A stretch of DNA of 63,271 nucleotides, counting the filler, from Octopus bimaculoides (taxonomy: Eukaryota), in the NCBI RefSeq assembly GCF_001194135.2. It is 6 parts of 5 records of this genome, joined end to end, with 100 filler letters (N's around TTAATTAATTAA, not from the genome) between each part and the next. Parts side by side here need not be neighbours in the genome. Positions count along the whole stretch, not along the records: positions 1 to 29,992 come from NC_068982.1; positions 30,093 to 47,879 come from NC_068983.1; 4 more parts are not named here. One strand, given 5' to 3'. The notes beneath the pieces were generated by a model. It had not been told where the DNA came from. It worked only from the letters and a program-made list of their open reading frames with translations, and did no database searches. Position numbers and translations under genes: made by a program. How positions within the stretch are numbered: the stretch's first letter is position 1; every line of letters begins with the position of its first letter. This document shows positions 23,388-35,172 of this stretch, one piece after another.

Positions 23388-25114
23388 ACTTTTGTGTAAT
23401 GTTATTAGTTGTGAGGTCTTGGTCGGACGAAACTAAAGCATATCCAAAATTGTCACACCAGTTAAAAACAAAACAAAAAAAATCGGCTCTCCGTCGGTTA
23501 TGACGAAGAATGTTCCAGTTGCTGCAATCAATGGAACTGCCTACTCGTAAAATTAACGTGCGAAGGGCTTGAGCATTCCACAGACACGCATACGCTACCA
23601 AAAATCAGACGCATCTCTTCCTGCTTAACGATTTCAGTTTTGTGTCAGATGAAATTTCTCGAGTTCTCTCCCTTGCCACTTTGAAGCGAAAATGTTATTA
23701 TAATGACTTAGAGTTATTTCAGTTCAAAATTATTTTTGGCTTACTCCATCAAGTATGGTGGCCTGCCTCTATCTCTGTACATACTCATACACGCTCAAAA
23801 CTATACTGAAATAGTTTGAGGACAGGCATAACTTTCTTGTTGCCGTGGTGTTAGATAAACACACAGTAGTTAGTGCCACCCATGGTACTACCTAACGGTC
23901 AACGTTTCCTCTCCTTGCTCTTCTATTGTTGATGTCGTTGAAAATCTTTTCTATCAACGTTTCTTCCTTATTCCTCTCCATAATTAGTTTCATGTCCGAT
24001 TAATTTCTTGAATCTTTTCAGTACAGATTCATTTCATTTTACACTCTATTCTTTTCAAAATGTATCTGCCATTACTCGTATTGTCTCTCTGTCTGTCTGT
24101 CTCTATTCCCTTACACATATTTTTGATTTGCCTTTTCAAGAACAATAAAAAGGGTAAGAACATCCCAATATGCTCTCCCTCCCTCTCCATCCACCTCTTT
24201 CACCCTTTCTCCCTCCCTCCCATCTCCCCTCCTCTCTTTCTCTCTCTCTCTCTCTCTCTCACGACATTAAAACGCACAAAATGCCCCTAAATATATCTTG
24301 AATTACAACAATGCATGGAAAACAGATGTTAAATGATGATAATGATGATGATAAACCACAAAATAAACAATAGAAACACTTTCCTAAAATTAGTTTGCAA
24401 AATGCATATGCATAAACACTAAAGAAACAAACTGTTGGCAGAAGATACATCCCTTCTACCTAGATTATGTCCTTGCTAGCTAGTGCTAGAAATTGCAGCC
24501 AAATCTCTCTCGAATATAACTTTCCTCTTTTCACTAAAAACAGGGTTGTTACACCTGAAATGCTTTTAATCACACTTCTGCTTGAATTGGGTTGACCTGG
24601 CTTTAAACAGCAACAGCCGTGTCCTTTATTTCTTCTTTCTATTACAATGTCAGAAAAACAATAAGGAAATTTGAAGTGTCCAGGCTTGGCAAAATCACAG
24701 TTATACACTTGAAGTGAGAAAAGCCGAAGTGAATTAATTATTGCACTAAGGTGCATCATGATCTACTAAAAAAAATCAACAGTCAAATGACTATAATTTG
24801 GATAATGAACAGGATTTATAACAATACTGAAACAGAACAGAAGCAGTATAGAGAATTTCCTCCTGTAAGTAAAATACTGATTGGTGTACTCTTTCTCAGG
24901 TCACTAAGACAGGTACAAAAATAATTTAGAGATAACATCATTATCACAATTAATCTGATAATTTTAGAGTTATTTCCTTTCAGCATAACTTGGCTCTAAA
25001 TAAATATGTTAAAGTAACACTTATCAAAGCCATCATTCCCTTTTGTAACAGCAATATTAATGGGCCTGTAAAGGAAGGTAAGGATGTAGTCCTGGTCCCT
25101 TCTTTCTGAATTAA

Positions 25115-25324
25115 CCCTTTAGTGTTTAAACTGGCCATATCAAGCCAAACTTGTCTTCCTGTTTTATGCTCCAACCAGCCAACTCTGACCTCTCACACCT
25201 ATCCTACAAAGTCATTTTAAAAATAAACAGGGACATCATCAAAATCTCAATGCTGTACAATTAATTTAAAACAATGTAATTAAACAGGCTTTACATTTGA
25301 CAGAGTAATCTGAATGCTAAAGAG
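25115..25324. mobile_element. piggyBac-type MITE with TTAA TSD
   Basis: TTAA|CCCTTTAG (25115) ... CTAAAGAG|TTAA (25325-25328). Confidence 0.75.
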
Positions 25325-25459
25325 TTAAATTATTAACAAAAACGTAGTAAAGCCTCTGCTGAGTTTTGAACCAAAGCTTAGATTTCCCAGCACCATTCCC
25401 CACATTTACTCACATCGTTTACTACTAGTTTTTTTCCTTTTTCTTTCACTGGATCAGTC

Positions 25460-25640
25460 AAAGGAGAAAAGGAAGAACTTATGACCTTTTTCAAAGTTTG
25501 TGAGGCTGTGAGTGAAAGTTATCAGACCAGAGACCTATTCTGAATGTTTGTAATAGAGTGAACCCTACTAGAGTTATCTAAGGAGGTGTTAAAGCTATTT
25601 ACACTTCTGCCAGCAGCTGTAAACAGTGAAAATGCTTATC
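25460..25640 (+). pseudogene. Possible hAT transposase C-terminal dimerisation-domain remnant
   Basis: LLELSKEVLKLFTLLPAAVNSENAY resembles the hAT pattern (P.L..LA..LL.IPASSA.SER.FS). Stops are present upstream in the same frame. Confidence 0.45.
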
Positions 25641-25698
25641 TATTGATAACAAGGTTTACAATAAAACTATTTAGATGTAACAGCAATTTCTTAATATT

Positions 25699-25908
25699 CT
25701 TTTCTGCTCTAGGCACAAGGCTTGAAATTTTGGGGGAGGGGGTCAGTTAATTAGATTGACCCGATTATGCAACTGGTACTTTATCAACCCCGAAAGGATG
25801 AAAGGCAAAGTCAAACTTGGTGGAATTTGAACCCAGAATGTAAAGACAGATGAAATACCGCTAAGCATTTCGGCCAGCGTGCTAATGTTTCTGCCAGCTC
25901 ACCGCCTT
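25699..25908 (-). mobile_element. Full-length SINE family B with 17-bp TSD
   Basis: Minus-strand head AAGGCGGTGAGCTGGCAGAAAC; central TTCATCCTTTCGGGGTTGATAAAGTACCAG; TSD AGCAATTTCTTAATATT at 25682-25698 and 25909-25925. Confidence 0.9.
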
Positions 25909-26414
25909 AGCAATTTCTTAATATTATTATATGCAATTCAATGATAATTATGATTTTAAAAAAATATATATTTAAGGAGCAGACAACATTGGTTAAAGAC
26001 ATTAGAGATTGTAAAAGTGGACTGTAGTCAGCCATTTCTTAAAATTGTAATAAATGCTGTTGGATGTATTATTGAAACATTTTAGTTATTCAGTTAAAAT
26101 TTCTATTTTTTTTACCTGAATATATCATTTGTCAGGAGCCACAAGTAGAGTGCTGCAAGATTCTTAATATTAAATAACAATGGTTTCCAAACATAGGCAT
26201 AAGATTATAGACATATTTGGCAGGTATGTAGTCAGTTAAAATAACCCTCATTACATGGCTGGTATATTTTTTATCAACTTCAGAATGATGAAAGCCTAAG
26301 TCTATCTTACCAAATTTGAACTCTGACTGTAGTTGGATATGAGTTAAAATTGTGAAGCATCTTGTTTACAACTTGGCTGGTCCTATTCATACATGCATGG
26401 AAGATGGGCATTAA

Positions 26415-26636
26415 CCTTTTTGATACCAACCTGCCCGAAACCGTCTCTGGCTCTGTAGTATAAATGTCTTGTTTTCATAAATTCTGAATTAAAATCTTTC
26501 ACCAATCCTTAGTCACAATTTATGTTCCTAACACTAGCTTAATGATAAACTAAATTATTTTACTAATTCTTTGTTGTATTTAAAATTAATTGAAAGAAAC
26601 ACAGAGCATCTCAACAGAAATATGGTAACAAAAGGG
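26415..26636. mobile_element. piggyBac-type MITE nested in an RTE tail
   Basis: CATGCATGGAAGATGGGCA-TTAA|CCTTTTTGATACC ... GGTAACAAAAGGG|TTAA-ATGATGATGAT. Confidence 0.8.
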
Positions 26637-27834
26637 TTAAATGATGATGATGATAGTGATCTTAATAAACCTAAAATAATGAATCTAATTATTTATTTTT
26701 TTTATTCAACATTTTCTTCTTTTTCTCACTCTTTTACAAAAACATAAGATTGTCGTATTATTAAGATGTATAGAGAAGGAATGCCACCAGTGAAAAATAT
26801 CTGACAACCATTGTGTTCTGAGTGTATATACTGTAACATACACTGGCAACATGTGTCACAGTTAAAATAATTTTATGTCAAGAGTAATCTTTGGAGACCA
26901 AATGAGTATAAATGTATTGCTAATGCAGGTCTGGTTATCATTTATAAACAATGCTTGCATGTTTATTAATTGTACCCATTGCCATGTTTGCTATATGTAT
27001 ATAAGGCAATTTCAGTATAGTTTACTTATTTTGAACATTAAGAAATAGTTATTCTTCAAAGGCTGTCTTGGTATCAAATCCTAATTATTGCACAAATATT
27101 ACAGAACGCTTTTGTTATTACTACTACAGTTTAAGAACATTCTGTTATATACTTACTTTCTCATATAATATTTACAATTTCTCTGCTTTCTCTTTTCAAT
27201 TTTGTAAACCAGTTTCCCAGTGACTACACTACTGATTTTAATTTTAATCTTTTCCATTTGGACCATAAATAATTATAAGGGCATTGGTGTTTTTTTTATT
27301 TTCACAAAGGATTTCTTATTATAGGAATATTATTAATCTTTGATAAAGCACTGATGCGGTATTGGAATGGCAAATTTGAAAGTGCTTAGGCTATATAAAT
27401 ACTTTAAAATTATTAGTTGTCTGTTTTTTGCAGTTAATGAATACTAATTTACTGGGCTTAATTCATTCAACTACATCCACTCCTTAAATTTGTTGTCTAA
27501 TCAATGTGTAAAACCCTTATAAACCAGTGGTAATATTTTTCTTTTTTGCGTATTAGGCTTGGTATAGTTGAACAGCTCACCTTAGACTACTGCGATTCAT
27601 TGTACTTTCTACCTTGCTAACTTTAAATTCTGTATCCTTTTTTGTTCAGAGACTTTATTTTCTTTATTAATCTCACCCGTTCAACATTTAGTAAAAATTA
27701 AAAATCATTTTAATGCGTGATACCAACCTGTCTGACACTGCTTCTGGTTCTGTTATGTATGAAATACCTCATATTTTAATTAAAACTTTCCATCATAATT
27801 TTAATCCTTTTTGTTATGTTCCAAACGTGTCTAA

Positions 27835-28654
27835 TCTTACTATAATGGGTGTGATATCCGTCTGTCTGTGCCCTCTTCATTGTCAAACTGCTGGACCAAT
27901 GGTCACGATGTTTTTTTGGATTAAGGAGGAGGTAATCGGGAAGGTTTTTAGCAAAAAAAGAAATGTGAAAAAGTTTGATTATTTAATGGATATTGAAGGT
28001 AACTGTTCAGTTTCCTGGCGTAAAAAAGTAAATAAAAATTAAGGGGGAGATAACTAATAAAAGAAATGATGGGAAGTCAACTTCTCACTATAATGGGCGT
28101 TATGTTTGTCTGTCCTTTTTTCACGGCCAAATGGCTGGTCATGATGTTTTTCAGGATTACGAAGGAGGTAATCAGGAAAAAATGTGAAAAAGTATGATTA
28201 TTTAGTGGACATTGGGTTTTGTATTAATAAATTGCCTTTGATTTTTTTTTTTTATTAAAATTCCGGTGACGAGGATTAACTCTGGATTCCCTGCCCCTAT
28301 AGTTTGTGACTTTAGAGGGTTTAGATTTGCGATACTATCCCTTTATTTTCCATCGTAGATGGGCAGATTCCTAAAGATTCTGCTTGTTCATTCACAGCAG
28401 ACAAGGCACAGGGCCAGACTTTAGACCCACTCTGATGTTTACACATGGCCAGTTATATCTTGCCATGAATAGAGCAATGGACTCCAGTAAGTTGAAAATT
28501 AGTGTCGACCAAACAGAAACTATCGTCTACAAAGAAGTTTTGTAATCATATTGATATTTTCAAAAGGAATATGATTCACAATTCAAATAAGGACATTTGT
28601 GAACTTTGAATGTATAAGAGTATAAACAAGCGTAAAGCAAGTGTAAACAACTAA
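27835..28654 (+). mobile_element. Non-autonomous Helitron remnant with a PIF1-helicase C-terminal fragment
   Basis: A|TC 5' start with a duplicated ~200-bp 5' segment (second copy at ~28082). 28339-28545 encodes PFIFHRR..QIP...FTADKAQGQTLD / MFTHGQLYLAMNRAMDSSKLKI...TIVYKEVL*, the Helitron helicase C-terminal motifs. The 3' end is eroded (CTAA at 28651). Confidence 0.75.
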
Positions 28655-29992
28655 AATGAAAGTATATCTAAATGACATTTTTTTTTCTTAATACTTTTTA
28701 TGTTGTGGTCAAAGGAAGGTTTGGCTTTCGTGAGGAGTGGTCCACATAACCATTCATGTTACAGAGGCTGAGAGCCTATTTCTGTTCGGGAGTGAATTGT
28801 CATCATATGTCACTTAGTTGCAAACACGTGTCATATAGCTGCAATAGAATGCTGTATCCCCAACAATAATGTGATTTCTCTAAGACATCATCCAGTAAGC
28901 TATCAAGTCCATTTACACATTTCTCAATACATACTGCTGTTATGACTTACCTCCCTCATTTTATGCCTCCATTGTAGATGGGTAGATTGGCTACTAAAGG
29001 TGATTAAAGGTTATTTTATTAAATCCTTCAAAATTCTGGACTATTTTCAAAATAAATTGAAAAACATGGATATTATATGGTCATGAAATGGTTTAGAATC
29101 TTAAAAAGATCAATAATGCTAGTGCTTAGCTCCAGTTAAATAACATTAAGCAGATGTGTGAGAGAGAGCTAATCCTCCCTCTGGACCGATGCCAGTCTAC
29201 AGTAGTTAAGCTTCCTAGATCTGGTTCTGATTTAAGTTAACTGAGGCATGTAGAACAGAGAACTAAATCACTAAATGTATACACAACAAAATTCTTGCTC
29301 TAGATTTACACTCTGTTCAAATACTGGAAGTTTTCTGAACCATTTACATTTCTATTCACTGGGACAACTAGTAATACTAAATACTAGTTTTTCTTCACAG
29401 GTCATATTTGTATCTTTAACCTAATCTCAGTTGAGTTTACTCAACAAGTTTCTGTTTACTAGTCATTCGTTTTTAACTTGTTTCTGGAGCGTCAAAATTC
29501 TATGTTAGACAAACATTAGCCCAGATTCCTTCTTTTAATAGTTGTCTCAGAAAATTTTCAGTACTTGAACAGCATATAAATTTAGGACAAATTTTGTTGT
29601 GTATCCTGTTGATGCATTTCATTCAACATGCTTCATCTTTTTGTCAGGAACCAGGACCAGATCTGGGAAAGTTATTTCCAATGGACTTTTATGATTGTTG
29701 CTACAGCTGTTAATTTTTTTTTTTTTGCTGGCCACATGTAGTGTTACATTATGTTATATATAGATACATGTACACAAATGCCTGTATGTCAGTCATTTTT
29801 CAAGTGTTGTTTATCTCCATATCAGAAATGTATATAGATGCACCTGTTCACATCCAATTGGATGTGAAAGTGTCACGGATACTATATAACTTACTATGAC
29901 ACTTCATAACACTGCAGGCCAGTGTGATCCAAGGAAGCCTGTGGCTATTTGACCTGCTTGAAACTGCAAACAAATCATACACACACACACAC

Positions 29993-30092
29993 NNNNNNNN
30001 NNNNNNNNNNNNNNNNNNNNNNNNNNNNNNNNNNNNTTAATTAATTAANNNNNNNNNNNNNNNNNNNNNNNNNNNNNNNNNNNNNNNNNNNN
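29993..30092. other. Artificial scaffold join (44 N + TTAATTAATTAA + 44 N); same at 47880-47979, 56379-56478, 60029-60128, 61693-61792
   Basis: Five identical 100-bp blocks. TTAATTAATTAA places stops in all six frames, typical of an assembly linker. Confidence 0.95.
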
Positions 30093-30107
30093 ATATATGT
30101 ATACAGC

Positions 30108-30569
30108 AGCGAGCCTTTGATGAATTTTAATACAACATACAAACTCGGAAACATTTTAGCTGTTGCTGCAGCACTGAAAAATAACGGACAATTATCCATT
30201 AATGAAAAATCTGAAAGTCAAGATGAAATTTTGAATATCAGTTCAGAAGATCTTGCATTATCAGATCTGACGTACGTTTAAACATGTACAACTATAAGAT
30301 TAGATATACAGAACATTGCGAGATATTTTGACAGATTCATAGAAATATTGACCTTGATTAAAAACATAAATGTGGTAAAAAATTTAGAATCGGTTAACTA
30401 CAACTTACTAAAGAAGCTATCAAACGCACATACGGTTTTGTAAAGAATGGTTAGCTCTTCCAACGGAAGGTAATTGATGAAAAAGCGTCATACCTTCCAA
30501 ACGTTTTGCATTTCAAATGTCAAGGAGATTATTATTAAGGCTGATTTATATAGTAACAATAATAGATAA
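30108..30569 (+). pseudogene. Candidate decayed coding sequence of unknown family
   Basis: 154 codons in one frame with only three internal TAA and no frameshift: SEPLMNFNTTYKLGNILAVAAALKNNGQLSINEKSESQDEILNISSEDLALSDLTYV*...NIARYFDRFIEILTLIKNINVVKNLESVNYNLLKKLSNAHTVL*... No motif recognised. Confidence 0.3.
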
Positions 30570-30758
30570 AAGTATTTTATTTCCTACGGAGTTTTCTCAT
30601 GTTGTCAAACACTTTCATAAAATATTGGATATGAAAAAACACACACTCACACGTAAGCACACCCCCACTCCCTCAGACAAACACATATATACACCACATG
30701 TATGCGCGCCCCTTACATACACACACACACACACACACTCACACACACATATATACAA

Positions 30759-30801
<43 letters not shown>

Positions 30802-30880
30802 ACTTATATACATATATACATATATGTATACATATGCATATATATACATATGTATACATATATGCATATATACATATATG

Positions 30881-30912
<32 letters not shown>

Positions 30913-31513
30913 NNNNNNNNNNNNNNNNNNNNNNNNNNNNNNNNNNNNNNNNNNNNNNNNNNNNNNNNNNNNNNNNNNNNNNNNNNNNNNNNNNNNNNNN
31001 NNNNNNNNNNNNNNNNNNNNNNNNNNNNNNNNNNNNNNNNNNNNNNNNNNNNNNNNNNNNNNNNNNNNNNNNNNNNNNNNNNNNNNNNNNNNNNNNNNNN
31101 NNNNNNNNNNNNNNNNNNNNNNNNNNNNNNNNNNNNNNNNNNNNNNNNNNNNNNNNNNNNNNNNNNNNNNNNNNNNNNNNNNNNNNNNNNNNNNNNNNNN
31201 NNNNNNNNNNNNNNNNNNNNNNNNNNNNNNNNNNNNNNNNNNNNNNNNNNNNNNNNNNNNNNNNNNNNNNNNNNNNNNNNNNNNNNNNNNNNNNNNNNNN
31301 NNNNNNNNNNNNNNNNNNNNNNNNNNNNNNNNNNNNNNNNNNNNNNNNNNNNNNNNNNNNNNNNNNNNNNNNNNNNNNNNNNNNNNNNNNNNNNNNNNNN
31401 NNNNNNNNNNNNNNNNNNNNNNNNNNNNNNNNNNNNNNNNNNNNNNNNATGTATATATATATATATACACACACACACATATATATATGTATGTATATGT
31501 GTGTGCGTATATA

Positions 31514-31601
31514 CAGTGTGTCCACAAGGTGTGGATACATGGAGTAAATAAAATCATAGCATAAACAATATCCCCTGTACCCAGACTTTGTGGACGCACT
31601 G
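31514..31601. mobile_element. 88-bp Tc1/mariner-type MITE
   Basis: TA|CAGTGTGTCCACAAGGTGTGGATACA ... TGTACCCAGACTTTGTGGACGCACTG: 26-bp imperfect TIRs with CAGT termini. Confidence 0.75.
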
Positions 31602-32954
31602 AAGAAATGAGAAAGCGTCTGTTCAGTTGGTAGAATATTTAACGAATTTCATTGCAGTGGTCTTGATGTTTTCAAACATAACAACACACGACTCTGCTGA
31701 CAAGTTAATCAAACAGCATTGATTGGAATATTTATCAATGAATTATGTTATGTTCAAAGATCGGACAATATTCCTTGCTTGAAAAACATAGTTCTGCCTA
31801 TTTTTTTTTCGGTCTGTTTGTATGTATACAAGTGGGTGGTAGGATTACATATGCTCATATATTTATGTTTGTGCATATATATTTGTCTGTGTGTGTTTCT
31901 GCGTGTGTGTTTCTCTGTGTATGCATATGTGCAGGTATATACATTTCTATATATATACTAATATTTACACCTATAGGTACATTTAAATGTGTGGGAGATA
32001 TGAACAAACATGTGCATAAATAGATAGGTACACATAGATATAGAGGAGAAATAGGGTGATAGAGGTATGTTTGCGGTTAGTGTGTAACAAGAATAGTAAA
32101 CCGAGGAGGAGTAAGTAACGCAGAATCTGGAAGAGAGTTGAACGAGTGGTTTATTATTTAAATATTCATACTTATTGATACAAAACACCTGGCAATGAAA
32201 TATGTTTATTGCAGAAGTTTTGGACGATTAAAACAAAATGATAATATTATGAATATGCACTTCAAAGAGAAAACTAATGTGCGAACTGTACGAAGAAATT
32301 ATGATCCAATTCGTAACAGAACGTAATACAAAGTATGATGATCGTTGTTTTCATATTATGCCAGTAAAAGCTAGTACTATAAGTTAGTATTTCGAGTATA
32401 TTGAAACAAATGTTTGAATAGTATTATCTCGCGTCGAGTTGATTAATAATAGTAGTCCATATGCACTCATATGGGAGACAAAATGTAAATGCCTACACAT
32501 TCAAATAGCTGAAATATGAATTATAAAACTTTACGAGAATGTGGAGTATTGAAATCATATTGAGTAGATCTGATAATGAATATTTAATGAATGTGGCCAT
32601 TAATCAATACGGACATCTGATAAATATTTGATGTTCCTAAAGTAAAGAAAAGATTTTGGTGAATCCATTATGCTTTCTTTAGTAAAATCCTCTCATAATA
32701 ATGGTTTCATAAAATATATAAATGGAGTTCTATTAGTTTTTGAAACTTTATTTTTCACCCAAGGGATTTACGTTTATGTGCATTTAATATGATGTATCCT
32801 ATTCAATATATCTATCGTTATCTCTGTTTCTAAAACTGAAAAATACTTTCAATTAAGAACTTTTTAGGAGATTAAACCACTGAAGCTAAGTCAGGACACT
32901 TTGTCAATCTCCAGGGACTTTTGTTATCACATAATGTCAATGGAAAGTATTAAC

Positions 32955-33017
32955 GATTATTATTATCATTATTATTATTATTATTATTATTATGATTATT
33001 ATTATTATTATTATTAT
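32955..33017. repeat. (ATT)n microsatellite
   Basis: Directly visible. It is the source of the poly-I ORF. Confidence 0.95.
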
Positions 33018-33482
33018 TGCTAAGTATTGTATTATTTCTATTACTATTGATATCAATTTTTATAATAATAATTTCGGAAAATCTTCTAGAAGCAAGACAC
33101 ATATATATTTATTTTTTCTCATTTGTGTTGCATTCGTTATGGTATATTCTTATTACGTTTCTATTCTAGTTGTTGCTGTTGTTATATTTTACACTGTTTT
33201 ATTGTATTATTCGTCTGTGCGGGTAATATAAATAACGCCATCACCATCAAAACCATCATTCTCAGCATCGTTAACTTCACTATTGTACTTCAGTCAACTA
33301 ATTCAATTATTCTATTTATTTTCATATTCACTCCACAAACTTTCATTATACATATAAAATAGTTTATCTTCTACGAAGAATAGTTTCGAGGCATAAGCAA
33401 TAAAAGAGAATTTAAAACCGAAATATAAATTATTAAAAAGAAAACACTAATATTATTTAGTAGCACTGAATTTCAGCTTGAC

Positions 33483-33519
<37 letters not shown>

Positions 33520-34016
33520 TNNNNNNNNNNNNNNNNNNNNNNNNNNNNNNNNNNNNNNNNNNNNNNNNNNNNNNNNNNNNNNNNNNNNNNNNNNNNNNNN
33601 NNNNNNNNNNNNNNNNNNNNNNNNNNNNNNNNNNNNNNNNNNNNNNNNNNNNNNNNNNNNNNNNNNNNNNNNNNNNNNNNNNNNNNNNNNNNNNNNNNNN
33701 NNNNNNNNNNNNNNNNNNNNNNNNNNNNNNNNNNNNNNNNNNNNNNNNNNNNNNNNNNNNNNNNNNNNNNNNNNNNNNNNNNNNNNNNNNNNNNNNNNNN
33801 NNNNNNNNNNNNNNNNNNNNNNNNNNNNNNNNNNNNNNNNNNNNNNNNNNNNNNNNNNNNNNNNNNNNNNNNNNNNNNNNNNNNNNNNNNNNNNNNNNNN
33901 NNNNNNNNNNNNNNNNNNNNNNNNNNNNNNNNNNNNNNNNNNNNNNNNNNNNNNNNNNNNNNNNNNNNNNNNNNNNNNNNNNNNNNNNNNNNNNNNNNNN
34001 NNNNNNNNNNNNNNNN

Positions 34017-34071
<55 letters not shown>

Positions 34072-34611
34072 ATATTTATGTGTGTGTGTGTGTCCTGGAC
34101 ATGGATCATGAGCATTTACTTGTTCGATGGACACATATACTTGATAAATTTTAGAGCGTTCCTGTGCGTTTAACGTTTTTTTTTAGACTCTTTTATTTAG
34201 ACGTAAACGTTATGTTTTATTTTAAAGGCTGAGTGCGTTATTTAGCGACATAATCCGAAGAAATGTCTCTGAATTTCATTCACCCAATATATTGAGCTGA
34301 CATATTGGAAATTATGGTAAGAGAAATTTGAACGAGATATGTATCATAAAATATATACAATAACTTCATCAAATTCAAAATTCCTACTATTAGTTCACCT
34401 GTATCACGAAACATTTATTTTAGTATTTCGCAAACAGGTAAATTTATAATGAAAATTTGTCTGTGGAGAAAAATTTGCATGGTAGGATCACTGAATGATA
34501 GATACAACTTAACACAGAGATTTCACAACCAGTTTTTCTAGGAAAATAACTAGCAGAATATGCTCCAACAAACAACACAACACTTTATTAGATGTCTAAG
34601 TTGCTATGCGT

Positions 34612-34815
34612 GGAGGCCCAATGGCTGCAGCGGACTCGCGGGCGGAGGATCGTGATTTCGATTACCAGACCGAGTGTTGTGTGTGTTTATTGAGCGATAA
34701 CACCTAAATCTCCACGAGCCTCCAGCAAGGGGGGGGGGTCATTCCTGTTGTACTCTTTCGCCCCAACTTTCTCTCTCTTTCTTCTTGTTTCTTGAGTAAT
34801 GCTGCGATGGACTGG
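34612..34815 (+). mobile_element. SINE family C 5' part
   Basis: GGAGGCCCAATGGCTGCAGCGGACTCGCGG...TGTGTTTATTGAGCGATAACACCTAAATCTCCACGAG matches 15593-15790. Confidence 0.8.
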
Positions 34816-35172
34816 CGCCATAGAAACCGGATCATCGAAAGTTGTATGAACTTCATTTAGCCGTAACTAAATTTCAGGAAGAATAAAATATGGACTAAGG
34901 CTGCTATATAAAAATGTAGGTGTATAGATATTCAGTAGCACGGTTCTGTTTTAGCTCAAATGTTCGTAAAATTATATCCAAATTGTCACTATTATAGAGA
35001 ATATAGTTACTATAGCTAACTTGGATATTTATTATAGGGGCATTTTTTTTTGCAGCCAAGTTTTCGGTGAAAATAATGACATCATCAAAACATATAAAAT
35101 CTAGAGAAATCTCCTTCCTTAAACACGTGGTTAAAATCTCCTCTCAATTTGCATATATGACTTCTTAATATT

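Noticed and set aside
24845-24915. GTAAGT donor followed by a 35-nt intron and a 13-nt microexon
   Set aside because: The intron is implausibly short for a mollusc and there is no supporting frame.
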